DNA of 64,000 nt. Source: an uncultured Gemmatimonadota bacterium (GTDB taxonomy: Bacteria > Gemmatimonadota > Gemmatimonadetes > Palauibacterales > KS3-K002). Under the pieces are notes generated by a model. That model ran no database searches, was not told the origin of the DNA, and saw nothing but the letters and a program-made list of their open reading frames with translations. The first letter of the stretch is position 1, and the number at the start of each line of letters is the position of its first letter. Both the position numbers and the translations under genes were made by a program. The stretch is taken from assembly GCA_964345885.1 (NCBI GenBank), contig CAYFSW010000147.1, positions 235 to 64,234 of the forward strand, written 5' to 3'. Positions 49,347 to 61,937 of the stretch are shown piece by piece.

Positions 49347-50570
49347 ATGCAGGGTTTCATCTACCCGAACGAGTTCGAGCTCCACTGGGGCATCCTCATA
49401 GTAGTCTACCCGTACGTTACGGGCCTCGTGGCGGGCGCCTTCATCCTCGCCTCGCTGGAGCGGGTCTTCAACGTCAAAGAAGTGCAACCCACCTATCGAC
49501 TGGCGCTGCTGACGGCGCTGGCCTTCCTACTGGTTGCGCCGCTCCCGCTGCTGGCTCACCTGGGTCACCCGCTGCGCTCTTACGAGATCTTCCTGACGCC
49601 GAACCGGCAGTCGGCGATGGCGATGTTCGGCTTCGTCTACGCCTGGTACCTGATGGTGGTACGCTTGCTCGAGATCTGGTTCGACTACCGCAAGGACCTG
49701 GTGCTCTGGTATCAGAGCGAGAAAGGCTGGCGACGTTACCTCTACTACGCGCTCACTCTGGGAGCCACAGACCTCTCGGAGCGATCGCTCCGCTTCGACG
49801 ATAAGGCGGGCCGCTGGATCACGATCATCGGGATCCCTTCCGCCTTCCTGCTGCACGGGTACGTCGGTTTCATCTTCGGGTCGGTGAAGGCGAACCCCTG
49901 GTGGAGCAGCGTACTGATGCCCGTGGTTTTCTTGTTCTCTGCGATCGTCTCCGGTATCGCGCTGGTCCTGATCATCTATATGGTCGCGAGCATGGCCCGC
50001 TGGAAGCCGGTGGACATGCGCTGCGCCGACAAGCTCGCGGCCTTCCTGTTCTACGCCATGGTGGTCGACGTTTCGCTGGAGATGCTCGACTTCATTCACC
50101 GACTCTACGAGTCGGAAGAATCGATCGGCATTCTCACCCAGCTTATCGAGAGCCGTCTCTTTACCAGCCTCATCGTTCTGCAGCTAGTGCTGGGAACCTT
50201 GCTGCCGCTAGTGGTCCTCGGCTTGACGGCGCCGGCGCTGAGCAAGGAGAGCGTACTTAAGGTTCCCGACGAACTGAAGCGGCTTATCTATCTCGGGGCC
50301 GCGATCCTGGTGCAGATCGGAATCTTCAGCATCCGCTACAACGTGGTGATCGGCGGCCAGCTCTTCTCCAAGAGCCTGCGCGGCCTCACGGTCTACAAGG
50401 CCGAGCTGCTGGGCATCGAGGGCGTGCTGATGGCCGGCGCCCTGCTCATCCTGCCGTTCATCATCCTCTGGGTCCTGGTCAAGGTGCTGCCGCCCTGGCC
50501 CGACGCCGAGGCACACCCGCCGGGAACCGGCGAGGGCGGAACCGGTCAGCCGACGGGCGTGCTGCCGTAG
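49347..50570 (+). CDS. NrfD/PsrC-family quinol-interacting membrane subunit
   Basis: WGILIVVYPYVTGLVAGA, HLGHPLR, LHGYVGFIFG, RYNVVIGGQ. Confidence 0.92.
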   Translation: MQGFIYPNEFELHWGILIVVYPYVTGLVAGAFILASLERVFNVKEVQPTYRLALLTALAFLLVAPLPLLAHLGHPLRSYEIFLTPNRQSAMAMFGFVYAWYLMVVRLLEIWFDYRKDLVLWYQSEKGWRRYLYYALTLGATDLSERSLRFDDKAGRWITIIGIPSAFLLHGYVGFIFGSVKANPWWSSVLMPVVFLFSAIVSGIALVLIIYMVASMARWKPVDMRCADKLAAFLFYAMVVDVSLEMLDFIHRLYESEESIGILTQLIESRLFTSLIVLQLVLGTLLPLVVLGLTAPALSKESVLKVPDELKRLIYLGAAILVQIGIFSIRYNVVIGGQLFSKSLRGLTVYKAELLGIEGVLMAGALLILPFIILWVLVKVLPPWPDAEAHPPGTGEGGTGQPTGVLP

Positions 50571-50574
50571 CCTC

Positions 50575-50604
50575 AGCGCGCCGGCGCTCAGGCGCCGGCG
50601 CGCT
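50575..50604. terminator. GC-rich hairpin between convergent operons
   Basis: AGCGCGCCGGCGC-TCAG-GCGCCGGCGCGCT, perfect 13-bp stem. Confidence 0.7.
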
Positions 50605-50610
50605 TCGGCT

Positions 50611-51708
50611 CTATACTCTCGGGTCTACCGTGTAGCCTAGATAGGTCAGGACGATCATGTAAACGATCGCCCCCACGACGATCCAGGTGAACAGGCGGCT
50701 CGGCTCGCCGCGCGCCGATCGTTTCTCTATGAAAGGCACCAACAGCAGCAGCAGTCCGGCCAGGGTGAAGCCGATGATGCCGACGACCTCCCCCTCGAAC
50801 CAGAGGATGTGAGCCGGCAGGTACTTCAGGGTCTGGAACATGAACATGAAGTACCATTCCGGCTTGATGCCCACCGGGGCGGGCGCGAACGGATCCGCCT
50901 TCTCGCCGAGATGGGCCGGGAAGTAAGCGGCCAGCGCCGCCAGGATCGCCAGCGCGGTCAGCCAGCCGACCAGGTCACGGAGCAGGAAATTGGGGAAGAA
51001 GCGCATGTTGCGCTTCGCGCCGCCCTCGCGCTCGACGTCCGGTGGCACGCTCATCCCATGCTTCTGGACCATGAACAGGTGCAGGCCGAGCAGGAAAGTG
51101 GCCACCATCGGTAGGACGGCTACGTGAATCGCGTAGAAGCGAGTTAGCGTAGCGCCGCTGACATCACTTCCGCCGCGGAGTACGGTGGCCATGAATCCAC
51201 CGACCAGCGGTACGGCTTCCATGATCTGCGTGCCGACCCGGGTGGCGAAGTAGGCCAGCTCGTTCCACGGTAGCAGGTAGCCGGTGAAGCCGAAGGCCAT
51301 GGCGAGCCCGAGTAGCACGACGCCGGAGATCCAGGTCAGCTCGCGTGGCCTACGATAGGCCCTGAGAAACGCCACACTGAACAGATGGAGGAAGGCGGTG
51401 AAGATCATCAAGTTCGCCGACCAGGCGTGGATCGAGCGGATCAGCCAACCGAACTCGACCTCCGCCATCAGGAACTGCACCGACTCGAAGGCATCTTCTG
51501 CACTGGGGCGGTAGTAGAATAGCAGGAGTATTCCGGTAGCCACCTGGACGAGGAAGAGGAAGAGCGTCATGCCGCCGAGATAGTACCATGGCGTGTGCCG
51601 GTGAACCGGGACCTCCTTCTTTTCTGCTATGCCACCGATCGCGCGCAGCCCGATCCGGTCGTCGAGCCACTCCCACACGCTGTCGAACCGCTGTTTAAAG
51701 GTCATCAT
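50611..51708 (-). CDS. Cytochrome b (b6-type plus fused subunit IV), canonical
   Basis: WLDDR, four heme His, [15 protein letters not shown]; start ATG 51708 or 51705. Confidence 0.94.
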   Translation of the reverse strand: MMTFKQRFDSVWEWLDDRIGLRAIGGIAEKKEVPVHRHTPWYYLGGMTLFLFLVQVATGILLLFYYRPSAEDAFESVQFLMAEVEFGWLIRSIHAWSANLMIFTAFLHLFSVAFLRAYRRPRELTWISGVVLLGLAMAFGFTGYLLPWNELAYFATRVGTQIMEAVPLVGGFMATVLRGGSDVSGATLTRFYAIHVAVLPMVATFLLGLHLFMVQKHGMSVPPDVEREGGAKRNMRFFPNFLLRDLVGWLTALAILAALAAYFPAHLGEKADPFAPAPVGIKPEWYFMFMFQTLKYLPAHILWFEGEVVGIIGFTLAGLLLLLVPFIEKRSARGEPSRLFTWIVVGAIVYMIVLTYLGYTVDPRV

Positions 51709-51709
51709 C

Positions 51710-52165
51710 TCAGGCGCCCCTGCTGACAACGATCTCGTCACCGCGCACGTTGACATCGAACGTGTCGAGTGGCCGCGGCGGCGGCCCCTCGATGTTCCGG
51801 CCGTTCAGATCGAAATGGCCGTTGTGGCACGCACACCAGATATGGTGGAGGTCGTCCCGATACTGGACGATGCAGCCCAGGTGGGTGCAAGTCGCCGAGA
51901 AGGCGCGCAACTCGCCGCCGGGTGTGCGAACTAGGATGCCCGCCTGATTCCCGAACTTGAAGATCTGAGCCGAGTTCGGTGCAACGTCCTCCGGCCTGAT
52001 CGAGAGCGTCACAGAGGCCGATGCGGACTCTCCGGCCGCCGGCGGTATCAGGTACCGGCCGACGGGATAGAGTACCGCGAGCACAAGTCCCCCGAAGCTC
52101 GTCCCCAAGAGCCAGTTAATGAAACCGCGCCGGCTCGGTTCCGAGCCCGTTCCCCGCTCTGCCAT
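51710..52165 (-). CDS. Rieske [2Fe-2S] protein, canonical
   Basis: Tat motif SRRGF; CTHLGC and [15 protein letters not shown]. Confidence 0.95.
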   Translation of the reverse strand: MAERGTGSEPSRRGFINWLLGTSFGGLVLAVLYPVGRYLIPPAAGESASASVTLSIRPEDVAPNSAQIFKFGNQAGILVRTPGGELRAFSATCTHLGCIVQYRDDLHHIWCACHNGHFDLNGRNIEGPPPRPLDTFDVNVRGDEIVVSRGA

Positions 52166-52203
52166 CGCAATCATCTCCCTCACTATGTTCGTTGGCGCCC
52201 GCT

Positions 52204-53463
52204 CTAGGCCGGTCGCTCGAATTGCCTGATCTTCATCACCAGCCCGACTATGAGAATGAGGATGATCGCTACAGACACCGCCAGCCCCAGGCGTCGGATC
52301 TGTAGATCTCTCAGCGCCTCATCGCCGCGCGTGTACGCCGCTGCAGTCACCTCCAGACCGGCATCGACCTCTTCTCGCACCGCATCAAGAGAGAAACTAT
52401 GGACCGCAGTGCGAGCACTGATCAGCGCGGTCCGGGCGTCGCCCAGTCCGAACTGCGCCTCGCTGACCTCCATCCCCGCGTTCTCCGCCATGGACAGAAT
52501 GGAATCCGCCGCTTCCAACTCAACCCGCAGCGAATCGATTGCGCCCCGCATCGACGAGGCCACCGTCCCGCCGGCAGAGGATTCCGTATGGCACATCGCA
52601 CAGGCCGCCCCCTCAGCGAGGCCGAGCAACTCGTCGCCCGCTTCGACCGTCCTGTGGTTATCGTGACAGGTCACGCAGCCGGGCCGGCCCAGCATCGTGA
52701 AGATCTGGGAGTGGAAGCTCTCGGCGAAAAGCTCCCCCATCACCATGTGACACTGGCCGCAGACGTTGCCGACCCATGAGACGCCGGGTGGCGCCGCGCC
52801 GTGGTTGCCGTGGCAGTCGTTGCAGGTGGGAGCCGAGAGGTCGCCTTCCTCCGACAACATGTGCCAGTGGATGCTCTCCAGGTAGCGGTCGTGCTGGTCG
52901 GTGGGGATGGTGTAGGGACGCATGTAGTCCGCGTCCGCGTGACAGCCACCGCAGGTCTCGGCGACGTTCAGCGGGTGTACACTCGAGCTGGGATCGGATG
53001 GCGGCTTGATCGAGTGCGCCGGATGGCAGTTGACGCAGGTCGCCACAAGCGGGTCGTTCACTGCGGCCAGGCGGCTGCCATGCACAGACGTGCGGTATTC
53101 CGCCACCTGGTCCACCCGAATTGCCGGGTCGTATCGCTTCATGAAGTCGGCGTCCGAGTGGCAGCGGCCGCACAGTAGCTCCACCTCCCGTCGCTCCGGT
53201 ATCCCGATGTAGCCGCGAGCCGGATCCATGGCCAACATGCTGAATTCCGATGCATCGCCGCCGTGGCAGGCAACGCAGTCGAAACCCGCATGAGAGTGGA
53301 CGTCCTGCTCCAGTTCGGACACGGGCGCGGAAAGCAGCTCGTCACTCAGCGCTGCGTGACAACCTACGCAGCTACTCTGCTCCTCCTGCGCCTGCCCGAG
53401 TGGTGGCCATAGCAGCGTCGCCACAGCCAGACCGAGCAGCAACCTGTACTTACGTGTGTCCAT
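52204..53463 (-). CDS. Nine-heme cytochrome c with C-terminal anchor (paralog of 44344..45579)
   Basis: Start ATG 53463; signal peptide, 9 CxxCH, shared CHSD..M, APTC and NVCGQCH segments. Confidence 0.9.
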   Translation of the reverse strand: MDTRKYRLLLGLAVATLLWPPLGQAQEEQSSCVGCHAALSDELLSAPVSELEQDVHSHAGFDCVACHGGDASEFSMLAMDPARGYIGIPERREVELLCGRCHSDADFMKRYDPAIRVDQVAEYRTSVHGSRLAAVNDPLVATCVNCHPAHSIKPPSDPSSSVHPLNVAETCGGCHADADYMRPYTIPTDQHDRYLESIHWHMLSEEGDLSAPTCNDCHGNHGAAPPGVSWVGNVCGQCHMVMGELFAESFHSQIFTMLGRPGCVTCHDNHRTVEAGDELLGLAEGAACAMCHTESSAGGTVASSMRGAIDSLRVELEAADSILSMAENAGMEVSEAQFGLGDARTALISARTAVHSFSLDAVREEVDAGLEVTAAAYTRGDEALRDLQIRRLGLAVSVAIILILIVGLVMKIRQFERPA

Positions 53464-54719
53464 CACCGGCCTGCCATCGCTTCGAGAAACGCCATGATGT
53501 CTGCCATCTCCTCGGGATCCAGTCGGACCCAGTCGGCCTGCGGGCCCGCGCCCCCGGTCTCCATTAGGATCGAGTGATTCCACAGTGATGCCATCACCGC
53601 CGCCGGCGAATCCAACCCTACTGTCTGGGCCAGATCGCTTGCGTCATCACCACCGGCGCCGTTCAGCGAGTGACATCTCAGACACCCCTTGGCGGCCAAT
53701 GCCCGATGGCCGACGTCGGGATCGCCCCGATCGGCGAAATACTGGACGGAGTAGAGATAGGCGACCAGGTCGGCCATCTCGCCGCCGCCTAGTTGCGGTA
53801 TTTCGATCCCTCGAACCCGCATCGCCTCGGTCATCCCGGGCGCCTTGTTCCACATCGCCGCTGCAAACTCGGTCAGTCCACGGGTATCTCCCCGGGCAGC
53901 CAGCTCGGGCCCGACTCGGCCGCCGACTCCCCGCACGGCATGGCACTCTCTGCACTGACGTTCTATGAAGACTACGCGCCCTTCCTCGGCGCTTCCCGGC
54001 AAGACGTACAGAGGCCCGTCGAGCGGCGCGGCAGATACGGACTCGAGGTAGGCGATCAGGTCGTTCAACTCTGTGCCACCGAACGTCGGACGCTCGATTC
54101 CTCTGGCCCTCATCAGATCGGACATGGCGGGGCCGTGGTTCCACATGGCGGCGGCTACGAGGATCGGCGAGCCGAACTGGCTCAGGTGGTCGAGGCTGGG
54201 ACCGATCACACCGCCGTACACACCCACCTGGTGACAGACGACACACTTCTTTTCGGTGAAGAGATGCCTTCCGACCTCCACATCACCAGGCGGATCGAAG
54301 TAGTCGAGAGTGAACAGAAAGGCGATGAGATCCGCGGCCTCGCGAGGGCTCATCTGCGGGCGTTCGATCTCGTACTCGAGCATCCTGGCGCCCATTTCAG
54401 GAAGGTGGTTCCACATCGTCGCGGCAAGCTCGTGGAACGACCGGCGCCGCGCGATACGGCCCAGATCCGGCCCCACCGTACCGCCCAGACCGTTCACCGA
54501 GTGACATTTGACGCAGCCCTTCGCCCCGAATACCTGGGCGCCGGCGAGCGGATTTTGCGTCAGGTCCCCACCTGCCTGGGCACCCGCCGCCTGAGCAGAC
54601 ATGAGCAAGAACGCGGCCGTTATCAGGCCTGCCCGGGCCCGGGTCGCCGGCCTGCCGATCAGCCTGTCTTCCATCGTTGCCCTCCGCTGCATGATGCCGT
54701 GGACGATAACGTTCAACAC
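53463..54719 (-). CDS. Cytochrome c with four tandem monoheme domains (start probably near 54674)
   Basis: CVKCH, CVVCH, CRECH, CLRCH, each followed by GPxL-like and (M/L)WN(H/K) motifs. Confidence 0.88.
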   Translation of the reverse strand: MLNVIVHGIMQRRATMEDRLIGRPATRARAGLITAAFLLMSAQAAGAQAGGDLTQNPLAGAQVFGAKGCVKCHSVNGLGGTVGPDLGRIARRRSFHELAATMWNHLPEMGARMLEYEIERPQMSPREAADLIAFLFTLDYFDPPGDVEVGRHLFTEKKCVVCHQVGVYGGVIGPSLDHLSQFGSPILVAAAMWNHGPAMSDLMRARGIERPTFGGTELNDLIAYLESVSAAPLDGPLYVLPGSAEEGRVVFIERQCRECHAVRGVGGRVGPELAARGDTRGLTEFAAAMWNKAPGMTEAMRVRGIEIPQLGGGEMADLVAYLYSVQYFADRGDPDVGHRALAAKGCLRCHSLNGAGGDDASDLAQTVGLDSPAAVMASLWNHSILMETGGAGPQADWVRLDPEEMADIMAFLEAMAGR

Positions 54720-54871
54720 TGTTGGGACACCGAACGCTGGTATGACTCGGGCGCGAGTGCGCTGATCTATCCACGAATCGCGCCGCGACCTGCGGCGCTA
54801 TGAAACCAGTGTGGCTATGCTAGAAGCCGGGTCAGGCGACCGGCAAACATACTTGAAGGCCGCCGGCTTGG

Positions 54872-56329
54872 CTAGCGCCGGGGGACCAGGAACGGGGGCC
54901 GTTTCATCTCAGCCGTACAGCTGAGGTCCAGACTCGCAGGATCCAGATTGTCGATGAACTCGGCTACCAGCCGTCTTCCGCATTCCTCGTAGCCGATATT
55001 GTGGTGGCCTTCCCGAATCACCATGACCCGAGCGTTGGGCAGGTGGCGCGTTAGCTCGTAAGCCCAAGCGGGCGGCGTGATCGGATCCAGCCAGCCGTGC
55101 TGAATGAGGACCGGCGTCGTTCCGGCTACCGGTTCGAAGTGGCCGGGCGGCAGCTCGCCGATCGGCCAGCCGGCGCAATCGTCCACTATGCCCCGCACCC
55201 ACGACTCTCCCCAGAAAGTCCCCGCGAATATCTCAGACAACTCCTCTTTGGGAAGCCGCACGACCTCTTCGGCGCAGATGACGGACAGGAACAGCCCTCT
55301 GCTGAACGCGGTGGGCCCGAGCCGCCTTTGGAGTAAGGCCCGCTCCCCCAGCGGCCCGAAGTCACCCCGGTAGGCGGCCTGGACGAAGGCGGGGATCTGG
55401 CTCGCCCCTCCCTGCGAAACGAGCATGAAGCGAAGCGTCGCGCCGATCTGGTCTCGGGTCACAGTTATCGTATCCGGGTCGCCCAGTCTCGAGTCGCTGT
55501 TTACGAAGCGGGCTGGCGCTTCATCGAGGCGTCGCAGCACCTCCTCGAACTCGTGCCTCAAGTCCGGGTAGGCGAACCGGCACGCATCGTCCGCCGCGCA
55601 GTCAGCGAGCAGCCGATCCATCGCCTGTTGCGCGTGTCGGCCGGCGCCGGTCAGCGAGTTCCGGTGAGGCGGGATCACCGCCCATATGGTCACGCTTCGC
55701 ACTCGCCCCGGGTGCCTACGCGAATAGACCAGCGCCTCCCGGGAACCGTAGGAACCTCCCCAGAGGTTCACCCGGTCGTAACCCATCGCGGCGCGGACCT
55801 CGTCTATGTCGTCCATGGCGATGGGCGTGGTATAGAGCCGCAAATCGGCCCGCTCTTCCAAGATCGCCCGGCACTGGGCAGCCGCTTCGGGCCCACGCTC
55901 AGTGAAATACCGCTGTAGATCGTTTCCGCCCGTGACCTCCGGACAGTCGAGCCCGTTTGACTCACCGCTGCCTCTGCGGTCCACCATGACGATGTGTCGA
56001 CGATCGCGCACCACACTCAGATCCTCGGCGACGAAGGCAGCCAGTTCGGTGGCGGCGCCGCCGGGCCCGCCATTGAAGATGAACACCGGATCCGCCAGCG
56101 GGTCGGAGGACCCCGCGCGCAGCACACCGATGCGGAGCCTGATTCGGCGGCCGGCCTCGGCATCGCGGTCCAATTCGGCTTCAGAAGACTCCCACCTGTG
56201 AACTAAGGATGCAACGGGTGTCCGAGATGGTCGCAGCGTGACTACAGAAAGCTGAGCACGGAGCGACAGAAATCTGACTGTCCCGACCGACCGGGACGAC
56301 TTTTCTCTCCGACGTAGCGCTTCGATCAA
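54872..56329 (-). CDS. Alpha/beta hydrolase, tripeptidyl-aminopeptidase-like; N-terminus doubtful
   Basis: NGGPG, DRRGSG, GGSYG (nucleophile), DPITP, GH. Confidence 0.82.
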   Translation of the reverse strand: MIEALRRREKSSRSVGTVRFLSLRAQLSVVTLRPSRTPVASLVHRWESSEAELDRDAEAGRRIRLRIGVLRAGSSDPLADPVFIFNGGPGGAATELAAFVAEDLSVVRDRRHIVMVDRRGSGESNGLDCPEVTGGNDLQRYFTERGPEAAAQCRAILEERADLRLYTTPIAMDDIDEVRAAMGYDRVNLWGGSYGSREALVYSRRHPGRVRSVTIWAVIPPHRNSLTGAGRHAQQAMDRLLADCAADDACRFAYPDLRHEFEEVLRRLDEAPARFVNSDSRLGDPDTITVTRDQIGATLRFMLVSQGGASQIPAFVQAAYRGDFGPLGERALLQRRLGPTAFSRGLFLSVICAEEVVRLPKEELSEIFAGTFWGESWVRGIVDDCAGWPIGELPPGHFEPVAGTTPVLIQHGWLDPITPPAWAYELTRHLPNARVMVIREGHHNIGYEECGRRLVAEFIDNLDPASLDLSCTAEMKRPPFLVPRR

Positions 56330-56395
56330 CCGTCGCGGGCTGGCACACGGCTTGCCCTATTTGGGTACCTGCCAAGACGAAACTCAGGAGGGGTC

Positions 56396-56983
56396 GTGAA
56401 CGCGGTACGCGTTATCGCTCTGACCGGTGGCTTTGCAGTTGCGACGCTGCTGGCCGGCTGCGACGAGACGGGCAACGGACCCGAAGGTATCAGCGGTCTA
56501 ACCTTCAGCTTCAGCGGAGATCTGTCGGGTTCCTACCTCGCCGCCGGCACCCCGGTGGTTGGCGGTGACGGCCAGCCGGAATTCGGCAGTTGGGCAATCG
56601 CCGCCGAGGCCGACTCCCTGGGAGGTCTCGTACTGGCCGCCTTCCGCCCCTCCGACGATCCGAGCGGAGACCTCTTCGTCCTCCAACTCACGCCGCTCGG
56701 GGTCAGAGTCTTTGCCCCGTGCGAGCCCAACGCCGACTGCCACGGCAGGGTGCTCTTCGGCTACGACGGCGGTTCCTTCGACCACTACTTCGAGATCACA
56801 TCGGGGAGCGTGACGATCGCCGAAATCGGGGAGGGTCGAGTGCGCGGCACCTTCCAGTTCGTCGCCCGTGACGAGGGCGGCACAGGAGCCCAGGTCATCA
56901 CCGTCGATGACGGCGAGTTTGATGTGCCGTTCGCAGACACAGCCGAGGGAAATGCTGTGAGGTGCATGCTCGGCTCCTGTTGA
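56396..56983 (+). CDS. Hypothetical lipoprotein
   Basis: AGGAGG RBS, lipobox LAGC, GSVTI..VRGTFQF..DGEFDV. Confidence 0.75.
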   Translation: MNAVRVIALTGGFAVATLLAGCDETGNGPEGISGLTFSFSGDLSGSYLAAGTPVVGGDGQPEFGSWAIAAEADSLGGLVLAAFRPSDDPSGDLFVLQLTPLGVRVFAPCEPNADCHGRVLFGYDGGSFDHYFEITSGSVTIAEIGEGRVRGTFQFVARDEGGTGAQVITVDDGEFDVPFADTAEGNAVRCMLGSC

Positions 56984-56984
56984 G

Positions 56985-60773
<3,789 letters not shown>

Positions 60774-60811
60774 CAGATCGTACCCGAATAAACCCCGTAA
60801 GTCCTGGCGAC

Positions 60812-60837
60812 AAAAAAAGCTCCCGAAGGTGGGAGCC
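60812..60837 (-). terminator. Intrinsic terminator upstream of dnaE2
   Basis: Minus strand GCTCCC-ACCTTC-GGGAGC-TTTTTTT. Confidence 0.75.
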
Positions 60838-60946
60838 CAGAGCGGAGGGGCCGCTTCGAAGGAGGGGGGAGTGGGTGATCCCTCCGCCCTGGGGTACCGA
60901 ATATAAACCGAAGGCAACCACGACGCAAGGACTTCTTCGCCCTCTC

Positions 60947-60993
60947 CTTTATATTGTAAAGTACTTGACAACAACAACCACCCGCCCTAGCTT
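60947..60993 (+). promoter_or_regulatory. Sigma70-type promoter with adjacent palindromic operator
   Basis: CTTTA-TATTG-TAAAG (60947-60961), TTGACA (60965-60970)-N17-TAGCTT (60988-60993), ATG at 61000. Confidence 0.65.
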
Positions 60994-60999
60994 CCGCTC

Positions 61000-61626
61000 A
61001 TGAACACTGAACCTCCCACTCAACCTGTCCAAGGTGGACCCCCGCCCTCCCCCAACCCAGAAACCGACCGAGCGCTCGAGGACCTCCGATTCATCAGAGA
61101 CACGATGGAGCGGGCCGGCTCGTTCACCGCCGTGCCCGGCTGGGGCACGGTGGCGATGGGCTTCGTGGCGCTGGTCGCCGCCCCGCTGGCGCACCGCCAG
61201 GCGACCCCCCAGGCCTGGCTGGCCGTGTGGTTGATCGCCGCCGCGGTGGCTGTGTGCTTGGGACTGGGCACGACGCTCGGCAAGGCGCGGACTGCGAAAG
61301 CGCCGCTGCTCAGGGGTGCCGGTCGGCGCATGGTGCTGGGGTTCGCGCCTCCGCTGGCTGCCGGTGTCGTGCTGACCGCCGTTCTCTACTCGGCCGGTCT
61401 GTACGAGCAGCTGCCGGGGGCATGGCTGCTCCTGTACGGCGTCGGTGTCATGACCGGCGGAGCGTTCTCCGTGCAGGCCGTCCCGATCATGGGGTTCTGC
61501 TTCATGATCGCCGGTGCCTTCGCCTTCCTGTTTCCCACCGGCTGGGGAGATGCCCTGATGGCGGTGGGCTTCGGCGGGCTCAACATCGTGTTCGGCATCA
61601 TCATCGCCCGGAAGTACGGTGGCTAG
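61000..61626 (+). CDS. Hypothetical membrane protein
   Basis: ALEDLRFIRDTMERA then about six TM segments; overlaps the regulator. Confidence 0.8.
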   Translation: MNTEPPTQPVQGGPPPSPNPETDRALEDLRFIRDTMERAGSFTAVPGWGTVAMGFVALVAAPLAHRQATPQAWLAVWLIAAAVAVCLGLGTTLGKARTAKAPLLRGAGRRMVLGFAPPLAAGVVLTAVLYSAGLYEQLPGAWLLLYGVGVMTGGAFSVQAVPIMGFCFMIAGAFAFLFPTGWGDALMAVGFGGLNIVFGIIIARKYGG

Positions 61627-61924
61627 AGGAGCGGCCGAGCTCGACCATCTCATCCACCAGCGGGTCCGTCTAGGAATCATGAGCGCGCTGGCGGTGAACG
61701 AATCGCTGAGCTTCAACGATCTCAAGGACCTCCTCGAGATCACGGACGGCAACCTGAGCGTACATGCGCGGAAGCTAGAGGAAGCGGGCTACGTCAGTTG
61801 TATCAAGTCGTTCGAGGGGCGCCTGCCGAGAACAGAGTACCGGCTGACCAAGGCCGGTCGCCGTGCCTTGGAGGACTACCTGGACCGAATGGAAGGCCTG
61901 ATTCGCACGGCTCGCGGCTCGTAA
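61619..61924 (+). CDS. Winged-helix transcriptional regulator (MarR/ArsR-like)
   Basis: LDHLIHQRVRLGIMSAL..TDGNLSVHARKLEEAGYV..PRTEYRLT. Confidence 0.9.
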   Translation: MARGAAELDHLIHQRVRLGIMSALAVNESLSFNDLKDLLEITDGNLSVHARKLEEAGYVSCIKSFEGRLPRTEYRLTKAGRRALEDYLDRMEGLIRTARGS

Positions 61925-61937
61925 AAGGAACCTGAAG

